From NCBI GenBank assembly GCA_000182565.2, contig KQ257457.1: a stretch of 64,000 bases of DNA; one strand, given 5' to 3'. The notes beneath the pieces were generated by a model. That model had not been told where the DNA came from. It searched no databases and saw only the letters and a program-made list of their open reading frames with translations. This stretch comes from Spizellomyces punctatus DAOM BR117. Lineage: Eukaryota. The translations under genes were made by a program, and so were the position numbers. The stretch's first letter is position 1. Each line of letters begins with the position of its first letter. Positions 1 through 15,000 of this stretch are shown here, piece after piece.

Positions 1-3000
1 ACTCGATAAACTTTTGTGCAGTCAATTCCGGACGGTTAATGTACCCCTTGGCAACTGAGGTCCGCCCACCCACAACTCCCCAATAGCACCCCGCGGCACG
101 ACATGCTCACCCGAAACAACCATCGCATCACACCCGTCAAACACTTTTCCAATACAACTTGGCCGATCCCCTCGCAAGACTTTATGAATACTACACCCAA
201 TCGTTGCTTCCGTCGGTCCATAAGCATTATAGAGCACTCCAACCCACTCATCAAGTACCCGTTGCGTTAATAGTTCTCCACCCGTGACAAGCACCTCTAC
301 ATCCGGTACATCCGCTCGTCGCACCAAGGCCGCAACAGTAGGTGTTAAATCCATATGCGTGACCCGTGCAGACCGGATCACCCCCGTCAAATCAGATAAT
401 AAAACGTCTTTAGAAGCCGAAACGAGCGTACAGCCCACACGCCATGCCAAAAACGTTTCGAAAACAGACACGTCAAACGTGTAGTTTGCGAATTGGAGGA
501 ATCGGGATGTGGAGGTGATTGGGATCGTTGATTCAAAAGCTTTGAGGGCTGCGTAGAGGTTTGCGTGGCTGATTTCAACACCTTTGGGTGTCCCCGTCGT
601 TCCCGATGTGTAAATAACATAGCAAGTATCTGTTGGATCCACCTCCTCTGTCTCAAACTCTCCATCTGCATCCCCTTCTGAATTCTCCACAATGATACAA
701 TCGATACCCGGCAATTCAAGTCCCCTTGACACAACCACCCTCTTTGCATCTACATCCCCCACCACAAACCTCTTTCGCTCCATTGGGGCCTCAGGGTCAA
801 TAGGAACATACCCCGCCCCACATTTAAGCACACCCAACAAGGCAACATACATCCACACACTCTTGACCACAATAATGGGAACAAGATCCCCATGACGGAC
901 TCCAGACGCTCGTAATCGCCTCGCAAACCGGTTAGCTTGCCCATTTAATTCGCTGTATGTCCACACCGTCGTTTTTTGCCCCGTCATAAATTCCAAAGCA
1001 GGATACGTGGGTCTCGTCCGTGCAAATCGTTCAACACCACTTGACATGCTCTCAAATCCCTTTATAGGCTTCCCATGCGTTTTGGAGAGGGTTTGGGGTG
1101 GCAGGGTCGGTAGGGATGTGCTTGGTGCCTCTGGACGGGTCAACATATCTGTTAGGATCACTTCATAGATGTGGAGGAGGAGATCAAGTTGTGGGAGGGC
1201 GAGACGGGTGGTTGTGGCATGGAGTCTCAAATGCGTTGATGTGGATTCGAGTTCAAGTGAGAGTGCATACTGTAGCAAAAAGTGGTGAGTATTTCCTTTG
1301 TTGTTCATCCCCCCCCAAAAAGACACACAATATACTTACATCCACATTGGCTTTCCCATCCACAACCCTCCAAATCCCATCCGAATTTTGAACCTCCTCT
1401 TTAGGCCTCACAACAAAAAGCGTCTCAAACAAACTCTTTCCAACCCATTTCTGAATATCACGTAGGGGTGTACACGCGTATGGCATCCCTTCTCGATGTT
1501 GGGCATCGAGTTCTTGGATGAGGGATAGGTTGGTTTTCGTGGGGGAGAGGGTTGTGCGGATCGGGAGGGTGTTGAAAGTCGGTCCGGGGATGGAGGTAAT
1601 GTTGGGGATGGGGAGAGTTCGACCTGATGTCAAGTGTCCAAACTATGTAGAAAAATCACAAGTCAAATAAATAAAATAAAAAACGACAGCATCGCCCAAC
1701 GAGAAACAAGAAAAGAACATACCACAATATCCTCTTCCCCACAATAAATCCCCAAAACTTTGGCCCAAACCGCCTGTCCAACCGCCAAAAGCGATACCCC
1801 CAACCCTTTAACACGACTCTCAACGACTTGACTCATAACTTCACAAACCCTAACAGAACCAATTCCTTCCACCCCACCCAAATCCGGAACCAACGTCGGA
1901 ACAACGCCTTTTAGTCTCTCCATCCAATACTTTTTGGCAGGAGCCTCGGGTCGAGATAGGATATACTCTACCACCCCGCGATAGGCCGGTCGGGTGGGTA
2001 CCAACCCCCCACGATAAACCCCTTCAACATCCCTTAAAATCATCTCAAAACTCCATCCATCATATAACGCATGATGCATGGATAAAACAAGGTACACATC
2101 TTCGCCAACATGTACCTCCCCAAACGCAATCGGCGGATCACCCAAACTCATTTCAACACCTTCCATAAAAGCCTCTATCCCCTCCTTTGAATCAACATGA
2201 ACAACCGACCACGGCATCCACACACTCGATCGAACAACCTGCGCCATACCCCACACACCATCAACAACTTGAAACGAAGACCGAAGGATATCCATACCCC
2301 GAATCACACCCTCCCAAGCCATTTTCAATCGTTCGACATTCGTACCGCTGTTCAATTGTAACACTGTATGCGTGATATACTGTCGCGGATCTTGATGCGT
2401 TTGGGCTAACATGCCTTCTTGGAGGGGTGTGCACGGGTAGGCTTGTAACTCATTGGAGGGTATATCCACCACGGAACTCACAGATTGAATCACACGGTGT
2501 TCAAAAGCCTGTAATTGAGTCCTAAAGTCACCTGAAATCGTATCCACCGGTTCTTCTTGGAGCATGGGAACCAACATCCCAATAGATGGATATCGCATCA
2601 ATTTGGACACAGGGACATTTATACCGCGAGTTTGTAAAGCGCTGCACATGCGAATGGCACTAATCGAATCCAATCCCAGTTGAGCAAGCGTCGTAGTCCG
2701 CGTGATAGAATCAGGGGGCACATTAGCAGTAGATGCAAGTACTTGTCGAATCGCCGTTTCCAAATCCGTCAAAGGTCGCATATCCGTTTGTTTTGGAACA
2801 ACGGAATGGATATCCAGGGCTTTATAAAGCGCTTCAAGAGCCTTTCGATCTGTTTTGCCTGTACTCGCCAAAGGCATTTTCCCAATCGAAAACACATGCC
2901 GTGGTCTCATGTACATTGGTAACGACTCAACAGCTTGATCCACCAAATGTTGCATCTCATCATCCAAAGGTTCTAATCCACTCGTACCTCCCACACAAAG

Positions 3001-6000
3001 AAACGAAACAACTTGGTCCCGCACTTGAGAAGGGTGTCGACAAACGAGGGTAGAAACATCCAAAACACCTCGAACACGTCCCAAACAAGAAGAAATCTCA
3101 CCCAATTCAATCCGTATACCGTTTAACTTGACTTGATCGTCTGCTCGGCCTAGGAACTCAATACTCCCATCCGCCAACATACGAACCACGTCCCCGGTTT
3201 TATAAGTCCGTCCATAATCATGTAACATGACGAATCGTTCGAAAGTCAACTCAGGTCGGTCTAGGTACCCCTTTCCAACCTGCGGTCCACCAATAACGAG
3301 TTCACCCACCCCACCCAACGGAAGGACTCGTCCATCCGCCCCAACCACAAACCCCGAGCACGTTTCCAAGACCCGTCCAATACACTCTGGCTTGGTCCGT
3401 TTATCAACACGCGTCATAACACACCCAATCGTCGCTTCAGTCGGTCCATACGCATTAACCAAAACCACATCCTCTCCACTCCACTCATCCACAACTCGCG
3501 CCGTCAAGGCCTCTCCACCCGTAACAAGTACCTCAATAGTAGGCACTCGATCCCTCCGTACCAAAGCCGCAACCGAAGGCGTCAAATCCACATGTGTGAT
3601 CTGCATACCCGTTAAAGCCCCCTCAAGATGCGCTAAAAGGACATCCTTGGGTGCAGAACAAACAGCAAACCCACACGAAAACGCAAAAAAAAGCTCAAAA
3701 ATACATACATCGAATGAACAGGTTGCGAATTGGAGGAAGCGGGAAGTAGGTTTCCATGGTATGCTTGTTGTAAACGCGTGTAGAGCGTTCACGGCATTGT
3801 CGTGGGTGATTTGAACGCCTTTGGGTTGGCCAGTTGTACCCGATGTATACAGCACGTATGCTACGTTTGTGTTTTTCACCGTGTTGGATCGTGTGTGTTC
3901 AGTCGAGGTGTCCCGTGCATGCTCTTTCAACGTATCGATAGAATCCAAGACAAGGGGCATCAACCCATTGAACGCATCCACATCCAAAGACCCCACCACA
4001 ACCACACCCCCACATTCACAGACCATAAACCGCTTCCGCTCAATAGGCAAATCTCGATCGACCATCACAAATGCTTTCCCGGCTTTCAGTACACCCAATA
4101 AAGCAATATACATCAGTACACCTTTTTCCAGACTGATGCCCACCACCTCTGCATCCGTTTTAGATGCCACCCACCCAGCCATCTGATTCGCCAGCCGATC
4201 GAGTTCCGCATAGGTATACACGACGGGTGCTGCCTCGACACGATCGTACCAATACAATGCTGGTGCGTCAGGTATCCTCTCCACATGCCCTTCAAACCTC
4301 GCATGCAAAACCGACGGCGCAATCTGTTTTGGAGGGTGGTTTGCTATAGAGAGGCGTTCGGGCGGTATGAGGAGATGTTTGGCGGGTGCATCCGGGGTGG
4401 TGATAATAGAGTGGATCACGTCGTCGAGTTGGGACAGAAACGTGTGTGCGTGTTGTGTGGATAGGGTGGACGTTTTGGATGCGAGGCGGAGGGTGAGGGA
4501 TGTCGATGTGGATTCGACTTCAATGGAAAGTGGGTACTGTCGATAATAAAAGTAAAAGAGTGAGCTTTCGTACACACAACAGAGTGCACACACAAAACAC
4601 ACATAAATAAATACTCACATCCACTTTGGCATCCCCCATAACCTCCTTCCAAACATCACCACCATGTTCCCGTCCTTTCATATAAACAAACAAGGTATCA
4701 AACAAACTCGTACTCTTGACCCATTTCTGGACTTGACGCAACCCAACCGTCTGATACGGCAACACGGCAGCATTTCCTTTTTGCAACCTGCTCAACGCAT
4801 CCGTATTCGATCCATCCAATCGAATCCGACAGGGAAGGGTATTAAACGTTGGTCCAAGAATGGATTCAACGTCCTGAATTGGAAGCGTACGTCCCGAGAT
4901 AACATGTCCGAAAACAATATCCGTTGTAGAGAGGTACGTCGACAAGAGTTTTGCATACGCGAGTTGGAATAGCGCTAATAGGGTCGTACCCGTCACTTTA
5001 CAAAACCCTTCCAGAGTCTCCATGGAATGACGGGACGTCTCTTGAATCATGTACTCGGTACCAACATCCCCATTCAAAAACCGTTGTCCACTCAAATCCG
5101 GAAACCGCGTTCCAGACCACCCTTCTAGTTCCCGTTCCCAAAACTTTTGGGCATCATCGGATGAGACGCCCAGTGCGTACTCTACACACTGCGAAAACGG
5201 GGGTCGAGATACTACCGTATCTGCTTTGTATGCTTTTTGAACGTCCTCGAACATCAAGTCCAAACTCCATCCATCGTACAGGGCATGATGTAATGACAGC
5301 ACACACTGAGACCCGAATGGCGACCCAACATACCGAACACGAATGGGAGGTGTCAAAAGACTCAACTCAAGTTGATCCTTGTAGGATCCAACCCGCTCAA
5401 GCACGTCGTCCCATGTTTGACACATATCGGTAGACCAAACCTCCCCAACATCCTTATAAACAACCTGCGCAAACCCATCCCGCACACCACAAAACCCTGT
5501 TCGGAGTACCTCGTTGGCACGACACACAGCCAACCACGCCGTTTCAAGTCGTTCCGGAACGACATCTTGTTCCAAGGGCAACACAAAATGATTCACATAT
5601 AACCCTGGTGTCGCGATACTAGCCGCGATCATACCCTCTTGCAACGGCGTACACGGATACACCCCAACCACCTCAACGTCTCCCACCTGCTCGACAATCT
5701 CTTGTCGATGCACGCGGTTGAATTCTGATATAGCCTGTTGACCCCGCACCAATGGATTCTGAACCTCTTTGTTCGTCCCCCGATTCCGATCCGCGAGGGC
5801 TGCCATACCAGCAACACTCGGTACTTGCAACATATCCGATACACTCAAATCAACACCATGAGATCGTAACCGAGATGAAACAAGAATGGCACTCAGTGAA
5901 TCCAGGCCGAGTTCAAAGAGGGTGGTGGAGTGAGTTATATCGTTTTCAGAGGTGTTGGATACGGTAGCGAGAACGGTTCGGAGGGTCGTTTCTGTACGTG

Positions 6001-9000
6001 TCCATTCTTTGCTTGTGATGCCATACCCGCTGTCGCTTCTTATCATACTCGGCGTAGCGGTTTCAAAAAGCTTGCCAAGTGCTTTTGTATCTGTTTTCCC
6101 GGTTGCACCCAGCGGAATGTGTGTGACAACAAGGATATGAGCAGGGACCATGTAAAGAGGGAGCACCCTTTTAACTCCCTCCAAAATCGTCGCAACAATC
6201 TCATCCCGTTTCTGTGACTTGGCTACGAGCATGTCCCCTTCACTCAGAGAAGCACACGCAACAAAGGATACAATCTGCTTCTTGGGTTGTTCAGGATGTT
6301 TCAATAAAAGCGTCACAACAGCTTTCACATCCGCACAACTGGATTTGACCACATGCGAAATCTCATCAACTTCGATTCGGATACCGTTTAATTTGACTTG
6401 TTGGTCTGCCCGACCTTGGAATTCGAGTGTCCCATCTGGCATCATACGGACAAGGTCACCCGTTTTGTATAGCCTGTGATTCTTCTTTGTGATCGGATCC
6501 GTCCATTCCACAAACTTTTGGTCAGTCAATTGAGGTTGATTGAGGTACCCCCGTGCAACCAGTGGGCCACCCACACACAATTCCCCAACACCGCCTTTCA
6601 ACACGGGCGACAACGGCCCACCAACGCCCATGACAAACGCGGAAACATTCCCAAAAGGCCGTCCAATGTTGGTAGTCTTGTCCGTCACCTTGACCCCCGC
6701 CAACATCGTACACCCAATCGTCGCCTCGGTAGGCCCATACGCATTAAAAATATTTTGATCCGGACCCCACTCGGCCAACACTTGCTGCGTCAGGGCTTCG
6801 CCGCCCGTCACAAGCACCTCAAGACTAGGCACATTGGAACGACGAACAAGCCCCGCGACACTCGGCGTCAAATCCGCATGCGAAACATTCAAGGACCGTA
6901 TGGCGAGTTCCAAATCCTTCAACAGCACGTCCTTCGGTGCACTGCACAGGCAAATCCCCACACTCCATGAAACAAGTGACTCGAAAATAGATACATCGAA
7001 CGCGCAGGATGCAAACTGGAGAAACCGTGACGTTGGCGTAAAGGGTATGATCTCCTTGAACGATGAAATACTCTGCACAACGTTACTGTGCTGGACCAAC
7101 ACACCTTTGGGCCTCCCTGTTGTTCCGGATGTATATAAAACATACGCTAAATGCCCAGCCGACAATCCATCAATAACCGGATTCCACCTCGGCTGAGCGT
7201 TGATTTGCGATTGAATGTATCGCACATCCAAAGGCATAACCTCCACATCCCCAAACTGTAAATCCACATATTGTCTCTCAACGCTCAAGACAAGCGTTGC
7301 GCGCGTATCCTTTATGACAAACCGTTTTCGTTCCGCCGGCGCGTCCGGATCCACAGGTACATACGCTGCTCCGGCTTTTGATACACCCATCATGGCTGCA
7401 TACATGAGTGGCGAGCGTGGTATGCAGACTGGGATCATGTCCTCGACACCTACGCCCCTCGTCCGCAGAAAATGCGCAATACGGTTCGCCTGGTGATTCA
7501 ACTCTTCGTAGCGCCATTGAAGTGTTTGACAATGAGTCTCGGTAATATCCATTGCGAATTCCAGTGCAAGATCCGTGGGCTTGTGTGCTGCGTGGTATTC
7601 TAGCCAGCTGTGCATGAACGTTATCTGGGAAGGGACATCATTGGCCTGTGCCAGTGGATTACAAATCGAAAGAAGATGCGATGGGTGGTTCGGTTCATTC
7701 ATATTCGAGTCCGGGTGCGTGATGGTATCTATGAGAGTCGACTCGAACTGCTCGGCCAGCAAGCCTGCTTGCTCTGCCGATACCATATCGCTTTTGCATG
7801 CGATTTCAATGGTGAGGGTTCCGTCCGACCTTGCTTGGAGTTCAACTGCAATGACAGACTGTAACAACAGGTTATGACATATGAATAATTCTTGCGAAAA
7901 ACGGGACACTTTTATACGCTACCTCAACCTCACCAACTCCTCGAACACTCCTCCACAACTCCTCACCAGCACCAACCTCAACCCGATCAAACACAAAAAG
8001 CGTATCAAACAAGGCGCGTCCATCGGTTACTCCAGCCCATTTTTGAATCTTTCTTAGAGGGGTGTGCTGGTATCGCAACAGATCCGTATACGCCTTTTGC
8101 ACCTGTTGGACAAGCGACCTGTATGTCACGGTTTCCTCCGAAAAGGTAATGCGACATGGAACAGTGTTGAGACACGGCCCAATGATATCGTTCCAGGATT
8201 GGGTTGCATCCGTTCGGCCAGAGAGAACAACTCCAAAAGCGGTGTCGGGCGTGCCTGTGTAAGTGGAGAGGAGCTTGGACCAGGTGGCCATCCCAAGGGC
8301 TTGGAGCGTCGTGTCCATCTCTGCAAGAAAAGGGCACAATCAAGTCAATCACCATTTTCAGAGCGGTTAACACCACATGACAAACAAACCTCGACATGCC
8401 CTCTCAACAACCTCCAAGCCAACTCCCACGTTCCTCACAATAACGGTACGTCCACCCTCCTTGACTCCACCTCGTCCAGAAACATCCGGGAAAGCAACAG
8501 GTTCAAATCCATCCAAAACCTCCTTCCACATCCTCTCAGCCCGCACGTCCTGGCCACTCTGTGCTAAAATCCGTTCAAGAGCCCATGAAAACGACGGCGG
8601 GTCTTTGATCGCGTCTCCATGATAGTGTGCGCGGACTTGATCGAGAATGAGACGGAGGGAACGTCCATCGTAGAGCGCGTGGTGGATGGAGAGGATCAAG
8701 TACGGGTTGGTTGGGCTGTTGTGGTAAGTGAGCGAGAGAGGCGGACGACCGGATAGGAGATTGGGAAACGGTGTTTGAAGCACATTGGTAATCGTCTCCT
8801 AATAGACGACAGATGGTCAGTTACACAACTCACATAATTCAGAATAAATCCATGGACTTACCTCAACATCCTCTCCACTCTCCTCATTCCTCCACACTAA
8901 CTGTCTCCTTTTCCAAACAACCTGGGCAAAAAGCCACTCAGCACCCTCTACATCTCCAACCGGGACAAATCCAGTCCTCAACACTTCATTCAGCTCCACA

Positions 9001-12000
9001 ACCTCCTCCCAAGCCCTTTGTAACCTCTTTGCATCGACATGCGAGGAAATCTCCCAAACATGATAATTCACGTACCCCCCACCTCGCAACGTTTGTCCCA
9101 ACATGCTTTCCTGCATGGGCGTGCAAGGTCGAATGGCCGCAATATCCTCCACCTTCCCTTCCAAAACTTCGGTGACGTACCCCCGAACAAGACGATCAAA
9201 CGCTTGGATCGTATCACGGATAACAGCCAACGCACGTTCATCTGATACATGCTCTTTCACTCCATCCTGGGCATCAAGTAGAGCAGCCATTCGATCAATC
9301 GTAGGGTTCTGCATGATGTCAATCATAGAAAGGTGAAGGTTGGATTGCTTGAATTTGGCCGAGAGCTGGATGGCGCTGATAGAATCCAAGCCCAGCTGGA
9401 AGATGGAGGTGGTGCGACCAATGTCCATCTCGGGGACGTGGGAGATTGATGAGATGTGCGATCGGATGACGAGTTCCATTGGACTCCAGGGTTCGGTGGT
9501 GGAAGCGTTCGCCGCTACTGCATCCTGTCTAGCAGACGAGGAAAAGACGCCCAAAAGCTCTGTATCCATTGTCTCATAGATGGCTTGAAGGGCCTTGCGA
9601 TCCACCTTGCCCGCCAATCCTCTTGGTAACTCTGTGAGCGGAACAACTGTGTTCGGTACCATGTAGTAGGGTAACGTCCGGCGACACTCTTCTACGGCTC
9701 TTTCAATGATATCTCGCACGGTCTCGTTTGGCGAGAGAACGCTACGGTCCTGGTGACCTCCCAAAGCCAAAAACGAAACCAATACATCCCTCCCACCTTC
9801 TCGCCGCCCAATAACCGTGACAGCGTCCCTGACCTCACCGCCACTACTCCGGACCAAAACAGCGTTAATTTCTCCCAACTCGATTCGAAGTCCATTCAAC
9901 TTGATTTGATCGTCTTTACGACCAAGATACTGTATCTCCCCCGAGGGGAGTATGCGCGCAACGTCACCCGTACGATACACTCGACCCATATTTGGGATAT
10001 CGCGGAACTTGGCGTCAGTCAAATCCGATCGGTTGAGGTACCCTCTCCCCACTTGGGGTCCTCCGATGCACAACTCCCCCACACATCCCAAAGGTAACAC
10101 CGTCATCTTCTCATCATTAAAATCAACCACCATGGCCGAACACGAGTTCAACGGTTCACCAATGCAACCTATGCGGGTCTCCTGCTCCACTCCACAATAT
10201 ACTACGCAAACATTGGTCGTCTCAGTGGGTCCGTATGCGTCAATCAGCGTCACCCCGTCGACACAAGCCCACTCATCATGGACCCGCCTTGTAAGCGCTT
10301 CACCCGTTTGGATCAATACCTTGACCGAAGGGACATGATCCCGCCGAATCAACCCAGCAGCCGTGGAAGTCAAATCCAAATGCGTAGGCACAAGTGTCCG
10401 AATCGTACTCTCCAAATCACCCAGCATGAGCATTTTGGAAGCCGAACAGAGCGTCATGCCACCCGCGAATGCATAAAAGATTTCAAACACTGAGACGTCA
10501 AACGTGTATGTCGCAAATTGCAGCATTCGAGACGTGGTTGGGTCAGTCGGTGGGTAGAGACGTTGAAGAGCCTCGAGATTACTCATCACATTGCCATGCT
10601 CAATCATGACACCTTTAGGTTGCCCGGTTGTACCGGATGTGTAGAGGACGTAAGCTAATGTTCCTGGGGTTAGCTTGATATCCGGGTTCCCTCTCCGATC
10701 CTTTAACTCGATTTCATCCAAACAAAGGACTTCGACCCCGCTGTCAACCATTAACGTCTTGAACGCGCCCACAGTAATCGCCACCTTTGCGCCCGCATCG
10801 CGCAGAATGAACTGTACACGTTCAGCTGGCGTGCCCGGCTCAATCGGGAGATAAGCGTACCCTGCCTTCAACACCGCGAGGATGGTAATATACATCAGGG
10901 GACTCTTGTCAAAGCAGATTGGAATAATAGATTCCAAAGGAAGGTTAAATGTCATTAGATGGTGCGCGATACGGTTGGCTTGCTCATTGAGGGATTTGTA
11001 GGTAATAGACTCGATCTTTGGCACAGCTTCTTCGTTTTCCCAGAGAAAGTCGAGTGCTGGACGATCAGGTGTCTCCTGTGCCCAGCGTTCAACGTACTGG
11101 TGCATCAGTGGAGCGGATCCTGGTATCGTGCATGGAGAGGCGTTGAGCAGTGATGCGCGATTGGAAACCGCCCGTTGAATGGGATAAGAGAAGAAACCAG
11201 CAGGAGCGGTCCTCTCAATAATGTCCAGTAAAATGTTTTCATATTGTTCCAATAGAATGTCGACGTGGGAGGGAGGAATTATGTCCGCTTTGCAACGAGC
11301 GCGGATAAGAAACTTGTCCCCATTCGGATCAATTTCAATCATGATTTTATCCTGTGTACAAAATGTTAATATGAAGCAATACTGTACAAAGCTTGAGAAC
11401 TTGACGAAAGACCCACCTCAAAGGCATCGTCCGTGTCAACAACCTCCAGCATCCGCTTATTCTCAGTCGCACCATAGTCGACCTTTTGGTAGACTACCCA
11501 AGTGTCAAACAAGCCATGACCACCCATCCCGCCCCGCCCAACGTTCTCAGCCAAAACTCGCAAATGCACTGCAGAATGCTCCAACATCTCGGCACCATCC
11601 TTTTGGATCGCTTGCAACATGCCAAGATCGTCATTGGACACAATGACTCGAACAGGTGCTAAATGGATACACGGTCCCATGACAGCTTCGATTCCATCAA
11701 CGGGTATATTCCGACCGGATAGCGTCGACCCGAAGATGACATCCTGTTGTCCAGTATAGAGCGCAAGAAGTTTGGCCCATGTCGCTTGGGCGAGCGTTTG
11801 GGGTGTTATACTCAGAGCGCGACAATATTCTTCAATGATAGAAGTCGTCAGAGCAGCCACGCGCGAAGATATGTGTATGTCTTTTACTGGAGGTGTCGTC
11901 TTGGACGTGAGAGTCGGAAAAGATTCAAGGGATGGAAGATCTGCCAGGTACGTCTTCCAGTAATTGACTGAGGATGCAGCCTCCGCTGCTGGCGTTGAGA

Positions 12001-15000
12001 AATGGTGCTCAACAATGTTCCGGAATGCCGGGCGAGGTAATGACGACTGGGAAGAAAGGTAGGCCTCCACATCTCGTAACATTAGAGGTACGCACCAACC
12101 ATCATAAACAGCATGGTGGACCATGATGGCCAGGTAGCTACTACCGCCAGACCTGACAGTCACAAACATCGCAGTTACAGGCGGGACATGCAAAGACTCA
12201 AACTGTAAAGCGTTTCTCTTTTGAAAGTCTTCCATGACACCTGCCACTTTAGCCTCATCCTCAACCTCTGCGATAGAAAACGAATTCTCCCCCTGCCGTG
12301 GACAAGATCCGGGTTCCCAAACAACCTGAAGGAATGTCCAAGGTGCATCCTTATTGAGAACACCGTCCGCACTTGCGAATCCAGTCCTCAGGATGGGGTT
12401 TGTTGTCGTTAAATGCTCCCACGCTCGACGAAGTGAGTCCGCTGTGACATTTTTTGCCACCCGTATCAGTATTCGATCGTAGTACCGCTTACCCTTGGGG
12501 TCTTTCAACGTCTCAGCAAGTAGACCCTCTTGTAGAGGTGTACAGGGATAGCAGTCTTCGATGCTACTAGTTGGAACCTTCAGCAAGTGGGACAGACTTG
12601 CAGAGAGTCCGCTAATGTTGGAAAGAAAATCTTCCCTCAGAGCAAGGCGTTGTTGCTTCAGTTTGGTCAAACTCTCACGAGCTTTATCGTTAGGACTGTC
12701 GAGAATCCTGCCAATCTCCTCCATTGTTGGACTCTGGAGCAGTTGCGTGACAGAGATATGCATATTCCGTTCCCGAAGTTTGGAACACAAAATGATAGCG
12801 CCCAAAGAGTCAATCCCCAAAGAGAAAATGGACGTTTTGAGCGTGACTCCGGTAAGCGGAGTCTTGCTCATCTTACAGACTACCTCGCGAAGGGTGGATA
12901 GTGTAGCGTTCTTCTCCCACACTTGCTCGTCTTCAGCGCTTTGCAGAGTAGAAAGCGGTGTGTCCCTAATTGCGTCCAAGTCTAGTTCTGAAAAGAGTTT
13001 AGCGAGGCGCTTTCGGTCCGTTTTTCCTGACAGATTTCTTGGCACGCTGTCAATGAATACGAATGCATTTGGAATCATGTATGGAGGAAGATGGGAAGCA
13101 GATGAAGACTTGCAAGCATCTTCAACCTCTCTTGGTCGCAGAACGCGGATGAGCTCGTACTCGCCCACGACTGGGCAATCCAGATTACCAACAGCTACAA
13201 AAGAAACCAGCATCTTGCCTCCAGCTCCTCGCTCGTCATTTATCACAGCTGTCACCACGTCGACTACTGCTGAATGCGCGCCTGCAACGACATGGCTGAT
13301 TTCTCCCAATTCGATCCGTTGACCTCGGAGCTTGACTTGCTGATCGTCTGCAACACGCCCAATAAACTCAAGCGTGTTGTTGGGGAGGAGGCGAACCAAG
13401 TCTCCTGTTTTGTAGATCCGGGTTGCAGGGTTTCGTGGGTCAATGAAGTAAGCCCCTGCATTGGCTTCCGGCCGGTTGAGATATCCCCTCGCGACCTGTT
13501 TACCACCAACATAGAGCTCTCCAACATGTCCTATAGGTACCACGGACAAGGAAGGTGCGTTCGGTTCTTCTTGACCCATGACGTAGAGCGTACATGTGTC
13601 AAGCGCGATTCCAATATTACTTGGTTTCGTCGTCGGATCAAAGTCAGCTGCCATGGTGCAATGGATGGCACATTCCGTAGGTCCATAGGCATTGTGCAAA
13701 CTTCCATCCCCAGCCCACTCGTCTACCACCTTTTGCGTCAACATCTCACCAATGGTCAACAATGCCTTGACACCTGGCACATTCGATCTCGTAACCAACC
13801 CAGCAACAGTGGGAGTGAGTTCCATGTGGGTGACATGGAGAGCATTGATGGTATCTTCCAGTCGAGCTAGAAGCAGCTCCTTACTAGCTGAGCAAAGACA
13901 CATACCCAGGGAGAAGGGGAAGAATATCTCAAATACAGAAACATCAAATGTCGGAGATGCAAATTGAAGAAACTTTTCGCCAGCGTCGAGGGCTGGTGAT
14001 GCGTGCGGTATGATGGCATGATGCGAGAGGATACTTTCGATTCCGTTTCCATGTTGAAGCTGGACACCTTTGGGCTTTCCTGTCGACCCAGACGTGTACA
14101 TCACGTAGGCTAAATGCTCTTGTTGAATCCGTGAACAGTCCGTGTTGCTCTTGTCCTGGCCATCCATATCCAACTGAACTGCCTCCGAGTCCAAATTGAC
14201 GAGGATCAAATCTCTCAAAGTGTTGTGCTCCAAACAAAGAGTTACGTTCTTTGCATCCGTGATCATAATGTTTGCGGCGACGTCCCCCGCTACAAAAGCA
14301 ATTCGCTCCACGGGTGCATCGCTTGCGAGAGGAACATATGCCGCCCCGGCCTTGAGGACCGCAAGGAAGGCAATGTACATATTCGGTGAGCGATCTACGT
14401 ATATTGGAATCATATCATCTGGCTGGACGCCGTGGCTCAAGAGAACCCGAGCGAGCTGATTGGCTTTTTCGTTGACCTCTTGATAGGTGTACCGTGTCGA
14501 CGCGCCGGTTTCAATAGAATGAAGAAACTCGATAGCTAGCCGATGAGGGTAGAGGATACATGTTTGCTCAAAAAGGTGGTGTAATAGAGTGGCACCTGGT
14601 ATTGTGGCATTCGTTCGCTCGATCGGGTTCGGGTTTTGAATGGAAAGTTGTGATTCCGGCAGGGCGGAAAAGTCGAGAGCCAATGGATGTGCGATAGGAT
14701 TGGCGAGCGTCCATTGCAGAATATAATCGAATTGCGACAATAGCTGAAGGCCCTGATTAATGGGAAAGAGGTTTGAGTTCCAGGTGAGTTGGAAGGTCAG
14801 TTGGGTACGGGTAACGTTAACGAGGAACAAGAGCTTGACCTAGATAAAGTATGGCCTTAGTGAAATCAGGTCACGAAAAGATAAACATTCGTGGCTAACG
14901 TACGGGGACATTGACTTGAACAGCGCTGCAAAAGTCTTCCCATTCGCCCTCATTCATATTATCTAGGGACACTGCCAATACCGTATCTGCTGAGACTCTG

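Noticed and set aside
284..14459. Numerous + strand ORFs antisense to the NRPS
   Set aside because: Shadow ORFs produced by codon bias of the real minus-strand gene.
1253..14830. Separate NRPS ORFs as several genes or a fragmented pseudogene
   Set aside because: Every break is explained by a canonical GT-AG intron restoring the frame; the only true lesion is at 54/55.
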